From positions 35,340,001 to 35,404,000 of the forward strand of contig NC_043013.1 of NCBI RefSeq assembly GCF_006345805.1: a DNA stretch of 64,000 bases, given 5' to 3'. Position numbers and translations under genes: made by a program. The first letter of the stretch is position 1, and each line of letters begins with the position of its first letter. This stretch comes from Octopus sinensis. Lineage: Eukaryota. Positions 38,215 to 51,192 of this stretch are shown piece after piece. The notes below the pieces were generated by a model that was given only the letters and a program-made list of their open reading frames with translations, ran no database searches and was not told the DNA's origin.

Positions 38215-38356
38215 ATTATTATTATTACTATTATTATTATTATTACTATTATCATCATCATCATCATCGGCGGAATTTGAACCCAGAACGTAACGGAAGA
38301 CGAAATACGGCTACGCATTTCGCCCGGCATGCTACTGTTTCTGCCAGCTCGCCGCC
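38004..38356 (-). mobile_element. SINE family B with a 141-bp templated insertion (38127-38267)
   Basis: The SINE is split between gaaaggatgaaag and cggcggaatttgaacc; the insert is the reverse complement of 40593-40734. Confidence 0.85.
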
Positions 38357-38359
38357 TAA

Positions 38360-38396
<37 letters not shown>

Positions 38397-38486
38397 ATTT
38401 CGGGGTCAGTTTTGATTTTTTTTTGCCAAATATACATTCGTTCTTCACATGTTTATTACAGTTATTATATATATATATATATATAT

Positions 38487-38619
<133 letters not shown>

Positions 38620-38709
38620 CAGGAAGAATTTACAAAAAAACAAAAGACGAAAATGAGTGTGTAAAGAACAAACAGATGTATTAGTTTAACGCTTGGGAAG
38701 TCAGAAAGT

Positions 38710-38745
38710 CTTTTATGTTTCGAGCCTACGTTCTTTGACAGAAAG
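38710..38745 (-). ncRNA. Decayed hammerhead-like motif
   Basis: Minus strand CTTT CTGTCAA A GAAC GTAG GCTC GAAA CAT A AAAG. Confidence 0.45.
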
Positions 38746-38852
38746 GAACACAGAAATAAACAGGGAGAGAAATTAGAAGAAGGTATATCAGCTAATAATC
38801 TATCATGGCGAAGTTAAATATATATATTTATATATCTTTAACTTTCTGCCTG

Positions 38853-38980
<128 letters not shown>

Positions 38981-39368
38981 AAGAAATAGATAGATAGATA
39001 GATAGATAAACAGACAGACTGACAGAAAGTTATATATATTTATATATATTATATTTTTCACGTATATAATTATAAAGATATAATTACAGTTAAGGGCTAG
39101 TGGAAATGACCAGTACCAATGCTAGAAATAGGTGTCAAATACCTAATTATATCTTTATAATTATATATGTGAGAAAATTAATATTGCCTCTATGGTCATT
39201 TCTAAATGCTAGGCCACTGATATAATCATTTTATGATTATATCCTTATCTTATAAATATGTGTGTGTGTGTGTGTATTTATACATACATATATACATACA
39301 TCATCATCATCATCATCATCATCATCATTTAGCGTCCGTTTTCCATGCTAGCATGGGTTGGACATATG

Positions 39369-39400
<32 letters not shown>

Positions 39401-39493
39401 TATATATACATATATATATACATATATATACATATATATATATATACATATATATACATATATATATATACATATATATACATATATATATAC

Positions 39494-39544
<51 letters not shown>

Positions 39545-39548
39545 ATAT

Positions 39549-39581
<33 letters not shown>

Positions 39582-40125
39582 ACATATACATATATATATA
39601 CATATATATACATATATATACATATGTATATATATATACATATACATATATACATATGCACAAATGCATATAATGTTATATACATACATACATGTATTGA
39701 CGTTTACAAAAAAAAAGGTTTATCGACAGTGAAATCAAAGTTTTAGCTTACTCACCTTCGTCAGAAATTCTAATGGACTGAGCAAAGTGAAACTTTGAGT
39801 GCTCAACCAATGCTTATTTTATCAACCCCCAAAAAGCATTTGACCAGGCGTGCTGATGGTTCTGCCACCTTGTTGTATTAATAATAACAATAATTCTTTC
39901 TACTATAGGCACAAGGCCTGACATTTTGAAGGAGGAACTAAGTCGATTACATCAACCCCAGTACTCAACTGGTACTTATTCTAGCAACTCCAAAAGGATG
40001 AAAGGCAAAGTAGACCCTGCAGCACTTGAACTCAGGACATAAAGATAGATGAAATATCATTAACCATTTCACCCGGAATGCTAACAATTCTGCCAGCTTG
40101 CTGCCTTAATAATAATAATAATAAC

Positions 40126-40179
<54 letters not shown>

Positions 40180-40424
40180 TTCATTTATTTGCCACAAGGG
40201 CAAAGGGTGAGGGAGACAATACAAAGACAGACAGGCACAAAGACTGAAATTTGTGGGAAGGAATTAAGTCGATTACATCACCCTAGAATTCAACTGGTAC
40301 TTAATTTATCAACCCCAAAAGGAAGACAAGTAAAGTCAACCTTGGTGGAATTTAAACTCAGAGCATAAAGAAAGATGAAAGTATGTCATCCAGCATGCTA
40401 ACTTTTCTGCCATCTCACTGCCTT

Positions 40425-40510
<86 letters not shown>

Positions 40511-41181
40511 TAATAATGATAATAGTGATGATAAAAATGATGATTGTGTTGATGATGACGATGACAATGACAACTATATTGATGGAGATGAGTGATGATG
40601 ATGATGACGATAATAGTAATAATAATAATAATAATAGTAATAATAATAATGTTAATAATAATAATAATATAATAATAATAATAATAATAATGACAAATCC
40701 ACAAACAATTATCTATTACGTAGTCCATCTAGTTCTTTCATAACATTTATGATAAAAGGAAATGGTAAATTACTAAGTGTGTTTCACATAACATTCCTGG
40801 CTAATGTCTGGTCAAATATTTAAGGATTAACTTTCTTACTCAGTGCAATGGTCTCATTAAGGTCACGGCTGAATTCCACAAAATTGATATTAGATTAATC
40901 AGTGAGTTAAACCCATGACATGCGACATAGATTAAACAATTCCAACTCAAACAAACGCACGAACACATGCATGCACGTACATCTGCCAACATCACTTCTC
41001 ATAATTCTACAGTGGTAGGCTGTTCTTGACCATTTCTGCTATCATGATTCCCACCTCAATTATCATCATCTTCATCATCATCATCATCATATATTGATTA
41101 TGATTACTGCTGTCTTTAAGCCTCATGATAATGATAATGATAATGATATTGATGATGATAATGATGATGATTAAAATGATA

Positions 41182-41256
<75 letters not shown>

Positions 41257-42081
41257 ATGATGATTATGATGATTATGATGACGATGATTCTGGTGTTGGA
41301 GATGGTGGTGCTGGTGATGATGATGATAATGATGGTGATGATGAAAGTGCTAGTGGTGGTGGTGACGGTGTAGGAGGTGATGGTGGTGATGGTGTAGAAG
41401 GTGGTGGTGGTGGCAGTGATGATGATGATGATAATGAGGATGAGGATGCTGATGCTGTTGTTGCTGCTGCTGCTTGCTGCCACTACTAATGATGACAATG
41501 ATGATGATGATGAGAATGGTAATGATGATAATGATGATGCTGATGGTACTGCTGCCACTGCTGCTGTTGCTAATGATGGTGATGATGACAATGATGATGA
41601 TCATCATGATCGTGGTGGTGGCAATGTTGATGATGATGACGACAGCGATGATGATTATGACGATGCCGTGGGCGATTAACATCACCGTCGGTTTTTAACC
41701 TTGTGTTGATACAGGCTTGTGTACAAAGAGACCGACATCCATAAACAGTCCAATCTATTTCAATTGTAATAAATTATCTTATCCAAAGGCTAATCTCTCA
41801 AGAATAAAAGTCGGAAGACTTGTCAGCTCTAGCTGTTTCATTCCTCAAAAGTTTTCCCATGTTTGTAAGGACTTATACTTCAAACTAATATAAACAATCA
41901 GATTGTAAATATCATGCGTACAGTTTCTTTTACTCCATTCTTATTTCATTTTCATGTGGTTTATGCTGTGTTTATGACCGATCTGCAAATAGTATGTGGG
42001 AGTAACATCCATAATGTAGTTAAAAATCACCAAAAAAAAAATGAAGTTAATCAATTAAAATTATTTTGAATTGCCAGGCTT

Positions 42082-42261
42082 AGGAGTGGCTGTGTGGTAA
42101 GTAGCTTGCTTACCAACCACATGGTTCCAGGTTCATTCCCACTGCATGGCAGGCACCTTCGGTGTGTGTCTTCTACTATAGCCTCGGGCTGACCAAAGCC
42201 TTGTGAGTGGATTTGGTTGACAGAAACTGAAAGAAGCCCACCGTATATATATGTATATGTA

Positions 42262-42294
<33 letters not shown>

Positions 42295-42490
42295 CTGTGT
42301 TTCCCCCCCAGCATCGTTTGACAACCGATGCTGGTGTGTTTACATCCCCGTAACTTGGCGGTTCTTCAAAAAAGAGACCGATAGAATAAGTACTAGGCTT
42401 CCAATGAATAATTCCTGGGGTTGATTTGCTTGACTAAAGGTGGTGCTCCAGCATGGCCGCAGTCAAATGACTGAAACAAGTAAAAGAGAT
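42082..42490 (+). mobile_element. SINE family A, well preserved
   Basis: Full head, internal (TA)(TG) tract and tail. Confidence 0.9.
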
Positions 42491-42649
42491 AAGAAAAAGA
42501 AAATGAAGCGAAAGATGTTGTCAAAACAGGTGAGGGAGGCAACTCTTCAATCCAAATTGATTAAAAATTTAATGGGAATATGCAGTGGGGGGTGGTTTAA
42601 TACATGCTAATTATAACAACAATTCCAGATATGTTTCAGAATTGTTTAA

Positions 42650-42994
42650 CCCATTAGCATTCAAACCAACCATATCCAGCTCAAATATTCTACCTGTTTT
42701 ATGTTCAAACAAGCCTGATCTGGCATCTTGCACTTATCCTACAAGGCCATTCTAACAATAAAACAAGCAAACAATTGAAATCTCAAAGCTACAAGATAAT
42801 GCATGATTAATCAAAATAATCCTTTCTACAATTGGCATAAGGCCTGGAAGTTGTGGGGAGGGGGCAAGTTGATTACATCATCCCCAGTGAATTACTGGTA
42901 CTTGCTTAATTGACCCTGAAAGAAAGAAAAGCAAATCAAAATAATGTGAATAAATAAGCATTACCTTTGACTGTGTAACCTGGATGCTAAAGGA
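42650..42994. mobile_element. piggyBac-type MITE with nested SINE B fragment
   Basis: TTAA at 42646 and 42995; same family as 9293-9513 (opposite orientation); SINE fragment 42821-42933 flanked by the 12-bp duplication aatcaaaataat. Confidence 0.75.
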
Positions 42995-43254
42995 TTAAAC
43001 TTTCCCTGTGGAACACATTTTTATTCACACCCAACAAAATCTTGCAATCATCATCACCATCATCATTTAACGTCTGCTTTCCATGCTAGCATGGAATGGA
43101 CGATTAGACTGAGGTCTGGCAAGCCAGTAGGCTGCACCAGGCTTCCATCTGATCTGGCAGAGTTTCTACAGCTGGATGCACTTCCTAGAGCAGATAAAGA
43201 TTTAGAATGAATTACCTTTATTAATTAACCTATGAACTAAGTCTTTCTTTTTTA

Positions 43255-43900
43255 GGCCTAATGTCTGAAATTTTTTGTTGGAGTGCTAGTTGATTACATC
43301 AGCCCTAGTACTTCCCTGGTAGTTTATTTTATCAATCCAGGAAAAACAAAATGGCAAAATCTACCTCAGTGGAATTTGAACTCAAAATGGAAAGCTGGAA
43401 AAAATGCTGCTGAGCATTTTGTCAAGCATGCTAACAACTCTGCCAGCTCACTGCCTTAAGCAATTTAAAATAATCTCTTCTATAGGCACAAGGTCTGAAA
43501 TTTGGGGGCAGAGGGGTCGCAAATTACATCGACCCCAGTGTTCCACTAGTACTTAATTTATTGACCCTGAAAGGATGAAAAGCAAAGTTGACCTCGGCAG
43601 AATTTGAACTCAGAATGTAGCATCGGGCGAAATACCGCTAAGCATTTCACCCAGCATGCTAACAATTCTGCCAGCTCACTGCTTTAGGATACCTCAAATA
43701 ATCTTTTCTACTAAAGGCACAAGGCCTGAAATTTGGAGTGAGGGTGATAGTTGATTACATCGACCCCAGTGCGTCATTAGTACTTAATTTATCAACCCCA
43801 AAAGGATGAAAGGCAAAGTTGATCTTGGCAGAATTTGAACTCAGTGAAATACCACTAAGCATTCCATCCAGCATGCTAATGATTCTGCCAGCTCGTTGCC
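43255..43900 (-). mobile_element. Three tandem SINE family B copies
   Basis: Three head-to-tail ~210-bp units each with gaatttgaactca and gattacatc..cccag motifs. Confidence 0.85.
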
Positions 43901-44544
43901 TCCACAATCTAAAATAATGACCTGGAAAGTTATCCTAAAGTTACCTAAAAGTCACATGAAGCATATGCCTTCATTTAACATGGATATTAAAGGTTGAATT
44001 TCCTTATAATCCAAACCATAAAATTCCATTCTATTTCTTGAACATGTTAGAAGAAAACTCTGAATTTTTTTAAGCAAAAGAAATAGACTGAAAGAAAAAG
44101 GTATAGTCAATTGAACAGAGTCCAGAATATTATTGATCTTTATTTTATGGAGCTTAGTGAAATAATACTGAATCCCAATGGAATTTTATCTTTGATGGTA
44201 GACCATTTTTATTATTGAAACTCTGTATTAGTCATTGAATTTTGAATTAGTTCATAATGATGTATCAAAAAAAATCATCTCATCTTTGCTCTCGTTTCTA
44301 TGGATCTATAAATGTATTGTGCAAGTTCTTGAAACAGTAAATTAGAGTTGTATTTGGGATAGTGTATTTTTGTAATACAGATACTTTCTGAAAAAGAAAA
44401 AAACTTTTTCTTCCCTAACATTTATGGCAAATCAAATTAAACAAGATGTATATGACCACCCTTTCTGAAACAAAAAACAAAACTAGATAATTTTCCTTTT
44501 TCTTTTCTCCCCTTTGCTATTTCTTCTTTTTTTATGATCTAGAA

Positions 44545-44866
44545 TAGGGGTTGGTGAACTGGGGAAAATTACCCCAAGTGGGGTAAAATGAAATTCTTGC
44601 AGGTAACGAGGACTCATTAGATCCAAGTAAAATTATATGAAAAAAATGTTCCTTGTTATGACAGAAATTTTTCTTCTGGCAACACTACATCAATTAAATA
44701 TAATGGATGTGTATATAGATTCATGTAAATAAATTCAATAAAAAGTTTCAGTAAACCTTTTAAACTCAGAGAATTTATGATTTTCTTCCATTCAAATCAA
44801 GGGAGTAACGTCAGTGTAAATAAATACATCTTGGGGTAAATGGTTAAAAAGGTTCCTCAACCCCTG
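44545..44866. mobile_element. hAT-type non-autonomous element
   Basis: Termini (T/C)AGGGGTTG...CAACCCCTG; 8-bp flanks ATCTAGAA / ATCTAGTG, matching the hAT NTCTAGAN target preference. Confidence 0.65.
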
Positions 44867-45413
44867 ATCTAGTGATTGAAGGAAGGAAAACAACCTTGAA
44901 CTGTATAGGGTTGGTAGGAACCAAAGAGAAAATTATCCTCAGTCAAAAGACCTGACACTGCAATAGATTGGCCTCTGCTAAAGGTACCTAAGAGGCTCTA
45001 CCAAGGGTGCCTGAAAGCCAACCTTTTTGTTACCATACTTCTGTTGAAATATACTCTGTGTTTAAATAATTTTGTAAAATAATGGCAAATATAGCAAAGT
45101 AATTTTGTCCTTCTTATGCTAACTTTTGGAGCATAAATCATTATGAAATTTTAAAGGAAAGTTTTAATTAGATCAATTTAGACAAGAAGTTTGTATCATA
45201 GAATGAGAAGCTGTCTTAGACAGGTTGGTATCAGAAAAGTTAACAGAGCAAAACATCAAGTATGCCATTCTGTTTAGGGTTAAGCAAATTAAACTTACAC
45301 TAAATTATGGATCAACAAGTTCATTATAAGGACAACAAATTAATTTTAAATATTGGATGGTAGTTACTATTTTTAAATCTCACAACGAGAGATATTCAGC
45401 AACAGTACTTTGG

Positions 45414-45727
45414 AGTAAAGATTGTTTGCCAACATAACATAGCACTCCTGGTTTAGGACGAATGTTGCTGTAATTTAGTCCCAGGAGACATCGTCTCCAG
45501 CTGGCTATACAGCATGATCTGTGTCCTTATATTTTCAAACAAGGGAAATTGCGATACACAGATATCGTTTTGAGCTGAGTAGGGAAGCTAGATTCCTTTG
45601 TTCAAAAACATAAGGCCACAGATCGTGTTGTATAGCCAGCTGGAGACGATGTCTCCTGGGGCTAAAATTACAGCAACATTCGTCCTAAACCAGGACTGCC
45701 ATGTTATGCTGGCAAACAATCTTTACT
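45414..45727. mobile_element. Foldback MITE with ~134-bp inverted arms
   Basis: 45414-45547 is the reverse complement of 45593-45727 with few mismatches; ~45-bp spacer. Confidence 0.8.
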
Positions 45728-46140
45728 ACATTGGATCATAGTATCATGACAGATGAGCAACAAAAGGACTGTTACCCATCTGGTAAACTCTCCCTGTAAC
45801 TAAATTCATTTATTAACCGGCTAAATTATTTCAGATGGTCTAATCAAGTACTGACAACTGCAACAACAACAACAACAACAACAAAAGCAACAACCTATCA
45901 ATTGGCAAAATACTACAAATATTGGTTTCAAATTTTGGCACAAGGCCAGCAATTTTGGAGAAAGGGGTAAGTTGACTGCATCGACCTCAGTTTTCAACTG
46001 GTACTTATTTTATCGACCTCCAAAAGATGAGAGGCAAAGTCAACCACTGTGGAGTTTGAAGTTGGAAAGTAAGGATGGACAAAATGCTTTGTGGCATTTT
46101 GTCCAGCATGTTAACATTTCTGCGAGATAAGCACCTCAAG

Positions 46141-46172
<32 letters not shown>

Positions 46173-46205
46173 TCTGGCATGGACTGGATGGTTTGACTGT
46201 CAAAC

Positions 46206-46248
<43 letters not shown>

Positions 46249-46336
46249 GGATGGTTTGACTGTCAAACCATTATTGTTATTATCATTGTTGTTATTATTG
46301 TTGTTGTTATTATTGTTGTTGTTGTTGTTGTTATTA

Positions 46337-46381
<45 letters not shown>

Positions 46382-46436
46382 CATCATCATCATCATCATC
46401 ATTATTATTATTATTATTATTAATATATTATTATTA

Positions 46437-46478
<42 letters not shown>

Positions 46479-47611
46479 CATTATTAAGGCAGCAAGCTGG
46501 CAGAATCATTAGCATGATGGGCAAAATGCTTAGAGGTCCACCTAGAAGGCCGCACTGACTCCAGTCTGATTTGGTATGGTTTTTCAATGGCTGGATACTC
46601 TTCCTAACACCAAACATTCCAAGAATGTAATGGGTGCCTTTTGTGTGACATCAGTATCTGCCACAAATTTATGGGTCTTCTTCTCAAGCCCGACATGATG
46701 CCAAAGGTCTCGGTCATTGTCTCCGTGAGGCCCGACGCTCGAAAGGAACTCAGCCACTTTGCCTCCGTGAGGGTGTAATATTTGTTTCAAATTTTGGCAC
46801 AAGGCCAGCAAGTTCAGAAGAGAGGGTAAATCAATAACATCAATCCCAGTACTCAAACAGCGACTTATTTTATCGACCCCACAAAAGGATGAAAGACAAA
46901 ACACTGACCTCAGCAAAAATTTGAACTCAGAACATAAAGACAGACTGAACACCACTAAGTATTTTGCCTGGCGTGATAACGATTCCACTAGCTCACCATC
47001 TTAAAATACCGCTAATATTATCAATAAACGAAATTAGAACTAATATATCAACAACTTTGAAACTCCTCCATATTCTCTCATATTTAATTTAGACAGAAAC
47101 CATCTAAATGAATGATTTCTATTCCATCTTATACAGAACATGTTTTTATGTTTAATTCTTTCGTTCTTTTTCTCTCTTTTTTTTTTTAATTCTAAAATCA
47201 ATGTTTACCAGTACCTTTTATGTCATTGTTTCTGATGATTTCCAGTAAATAAAAAAAAATAAAGATAAAAGAAAATAACTGCTAAACCTTTTAGATGGTA
47301 ATTCAACCAATTTAGACAATGTTTGTTTCCTTTTCATTTCAATCATTATTATTGGTTCTCAGTATACCAACATGGGTTTTGAAAGATCTACAATACAGCA
47401 TTTTGTAATGACTCATGATCCTGTTTCATCTCGTATCGCTCATTGTTCTCAACTCTACCTATTTGTTCATATTATTATTATTATTATTGTTGTTATTATC
47501 ATTATTATTATCATTATTATTGCTATTACTATTATCAATATTCTGTGATGGTTTTTGGTAAGCAGTGTCGAGTTTTATAATTCTGTAAATCATGCAATCA
47601 TCATCATCATC

Positions 47612-47693
47612 GACTGAAGAAAATAGTTTAATATTGGGGCATATATGCCGTCGAGAGCTTATGTGCCCCAATATTAGACTATTTCCTTTAGTC
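47612..47693 (+). ncRNA. Pre-miRNA-like hairpin (candidate)
   Basis: 34-bp stem (3 G-U, 1 A-C mismatch on the + strand), 14-nt loop, single copy in the window. Confidence 0.35.
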
Positions 47694-47728
47694 AATACAT
47701 GATGATCACTTAAAGCTTTAAGCTTATA

Positions 47729-47783
<55 letters not shown>

Positions 47784-47853
47784 ATTATTATTTTTATTAT
47801 TATTATTATTATTATTATCATCATTATTATTATTATTATTATTATTATCATCA

Positions 47854-47890
<37 letters not shown>

Positions 47891-47922
47891 CATTATTATT
47901 ATTATTATTATTATTATCATCA

Positions 47923-47960
<38 letters not shown>

Positions 47961-49118
47961 ATTATTATTATTTAGTCTTCAATGAAATAGATAGTACCCA
48001 CAACATTTAAAAACTTTTCCTCGACACACGAGAATATTGAGTCAAAAGTCAAATAAGATATTTTCATATGGATTAAAAATCTTAAATTAAAGAATGGAAG
48101 TTCTACCTGAAATATTTCGAATTTCTTGTTCTTACATTGCACTAACAAAATTTCAGCTTTTTAGTTTGCAAATATTCTATCTTGAACGACTGTCTGTCTG
48201 TATGTAGGTTTAAGTATTTCATCAGATCTGTATGGATATTTTGTTTTATTTTGTCTTTCAGTATGGTCTCTCATATATATGTATATATTCATACAAGTTT
48301 GTCTTTGCATATAGACAATTAGAGAGAGTTTCTCTAGAGAGACAGTATTTCTAGACAGACTGATAGACTTTTCAAATAGACACTTAGAAAAGTTCAAAGA
48401 AGACACAGGGAAAAATAAGCAAGGAAAAAAGAATATACAAGGACAACATAAAAAAAAATCACAGTAAATTAAAAATTGAAGCAGATAAATTGACAAATTA
48501 AAAAATACAGAGGAAAATAAATAAATGGACAGCTGCAATATTTTCCTTCATTATCTACCTGTATTGTCTCAGTTTTTTTTGTTGTTTTTTTTTCACATCG
48601 TTCATATTATAAATAATTCAGGTATAACTAGGATGAAAATAAACAAAGAAAACAAACAAACAAACAAATAAACAAAAAAAAACAAGATCATTTTAACTAA
48701 AAATTTCTTTAACAAACAAGTTGAATTTATTCATTTAATCAGAAGAGTCTTAAGTTACAAAAGACCATCGTTGACCTACCTATCAACCTACCACTAGCCT
48801 AGCCATTATTACCGTCACTGCTGTACAGCAGAAGAACCGCTGTACCCTATCCCACTGCCACCCCTATCACCATGAGATACATTTACAGCAGACTTTGATT
48901 ATATTTAGAAAGAGATGCGCATTCAAATAATCGCCTTTGTCCAGCCTAATATTTGCCAGTTTCCATTTCTGGCAAATTGTTTTAATCCTATTTCATGTCA
49001 TAAATTCATCATGATATCCATTTCCAACATAATCATCATCAGCATCATCATTATCATCATCATCAACTTCATCGTCGTTATCATTATTGATAACATCATT
49101 ATAAATAGCATTATTGTT

Positions 49119-49163
<45 letters not shown>

Positions 49164-49312
49164 CTCCCTCCTCTTCACACTGCACCATCATCATGTTTCT
49201 CATCTCTGTCAATATTTTCAGTACAAAGGGAACACTAAAATTTCTGCACTTCTTACTAGCTTTCCAATTCATCACCACCTTCATCATCATCATCAGACTA
49301 ACAATCAAAATT

Positions 49313-49314
<2 letters not shown>

Positions 49315-49354
<40 letters not shown>

Positions 49355-49442
49355 TATCATCTTCTTCCCCTTCTTCTTCTTCTTCTTCTTCTTCTTCTTC
49401 TTCTTCTTCTGTTTCTTCATCTTCGTTAACTTTATGATTAAA

Positions 49443-49481
<39 letters not shown>

Positions 49482-49579
49482 TATCATCTTCTTCCCCTTC
49501 TTCTTCTTCTTCTTCTTCTTCTTCTTCTTCTTCTTCTTCTTCTGCTTCTTCATCTTCGTTAACTTTATGATTAAACTCC
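49315..49579. repeat. Tandem duplication (~133 bp) of a (CAT)n-(CTT)n compound unit
   Basis: The unique spacer cttcatcttcgttaactttatgattaaactc occurs twice. Confidence 0.9.
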
Positions 49580-49841
49580 ATCATCATCATCATCATTGTC
49601 ATCGTCATCTTTATTGTTGAATTTGATCAATCTTAAGAATACCATCATATTTATACAACCAGTAATATTGCTATTTTCACAACAAGTATCATTATATTAC
49701 ATGTCATTATTAATATTTTCAATATAATCATTGACAATAACAAAAATAACAATAACAATAATAATAATAGTAATGATAATAATAATAACAACAACAACAA
49801 CAACAATGATAACAATAATATCCCAGGAGAATCATAATAAT

Positions 49842-50090
49842 ATCCCAGGAGAACCATGTCTCAGAGAAATCCAAATATTGTGCTGATAAGTACCTCCCAA
49901 TATACTTACAAGATCCCTATTAATTTAAATGTCTGTGTTGTATTACATGAAGATATTTTACTACTACCCTTGCCACTTCCCCTCCCCAAGCTTTAAGTCA
50001 TACTGTAACATCCCTTATCCTTCATTCGCCCCAGGATCCTGAGTGTGCTCTTGGCAAGTGACTGTAACAAACATGCCGATTAAAAGTAAA
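49842..50090 (+). pseudogene. Third R4/Dong-like 3' fragment with 3' UTR
   Basis: IPGEPCLREIQ/IVLISTS/ILTRSLLI* resembles LQKIALLGTAHILRRTLSI*; ends in (TAA)n. Confidence 0.6.
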
Positions 50091-50116
50091 TAATAATAAT
50101 AATAATGATAATAATA

Positions 50117-50151
<35 letters not shown>

Positions 50152-50164
50152 TAATAATAATAAT

Positions 50165-50590
50165 AATCCTTTCTACTAAAGGCACAAGGTCTGAAATTTT
50201 TGGGGAAGAGACTAGTTGATTACATTGATACCAGTGTTTCACTGGTACTTAATTTATCAACCCTGAAAGGTTAAAAGGCTAAGTCAACTTTGGTGGAATT
50301 TGAACTCAGAACATAGACAAAATACCGTTAAACATTTTACCCGGCATGCTAACGATTCTGACAGCTTGCCACCTTAATAATAATCCTATCTACTAAGAGC
50401 AAAAGGCCTGCAATTTAGTGGGGAGGAGACTAGTTGATTACATCAACCCCAGTGCTCAACTGGTACTTAAATTATCAACCCCAAAAGGATGAAAGATAAA
50501 CCTTGACCTTGGTGAAATTTGAACCAATATAGTGCAGACAGACGAAATGCTGCTAAGCATTTTGCCCGGCGTGCTTACAATTCTGCCAGA
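50165..50590 (-). mobile_element. Two tandem SINE family B copies
   Basis: Head-to-tail; similar pairs at 39893-40425, 51210-51630 and 35620-35985. Confidence 0.85.
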
Positions 50591-50605
50591 TAATGCACCC
50601 TCGGA

Positions 50606-51192
50606 ATCTCGTGGGAAGACATGGTTCCACATTGAACCATTTTGGATTGCTGCATCTCTTTTAGTATTGAGTATCTTATTGTTAAGCATCAACTTCGCTG
50701 GACTGGGCATCTGCTCGGAATGCCCCTCTTCTGTCTCTCCCATATTGTCTTCTGATCAAAGGCCAACAACCCATTGAAGGACAGAGGAAGGGATACAAAG
50801 ATCAGATCACTACCACTCTGTGAAAACGCAATGTTTCTCTTACAGATCTGTTCCACTTACAGATGTAATATTCCTCTTACAGATGTAATGCTCCTCTTAA
50901 AGATCTTATAGATCTGGAAGCTCTTGCTGTGGATCAAAGCCAATGGCAGACCATCTCCATCAAGCTTGTGAAACCATTAAAACAAGGCATCCTCAACGGG
51001 TCAATGAGCACTGAGCAATGCATGCTGCAGCTGCCCCTGCAGTACCTCCAGCACCCAGCTCATCAGTCCCTTGTCTGATTGGTGAAAAACTCTGCTGCTC
51101 AGCTTTACATCAGTGAGGTCGCCAACTGCGCTCAGCACCAACTTGAATAGACATCGTTGTCTTCAGAACTGAAGGACCTCCAAGCAGCAAGA
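50606..51192 (+). pseudogene. RTE (BovB-like) LINE 3' fragment
   Basis: ISWEDMVP..SIEYLIVKHQLRWTGHLLGMP..GQRKGYKDQI..EALAVDQSQWQT..degenerate C2H2 end, then short 3' UTR and (AAT)n. Confidence 0.85.
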
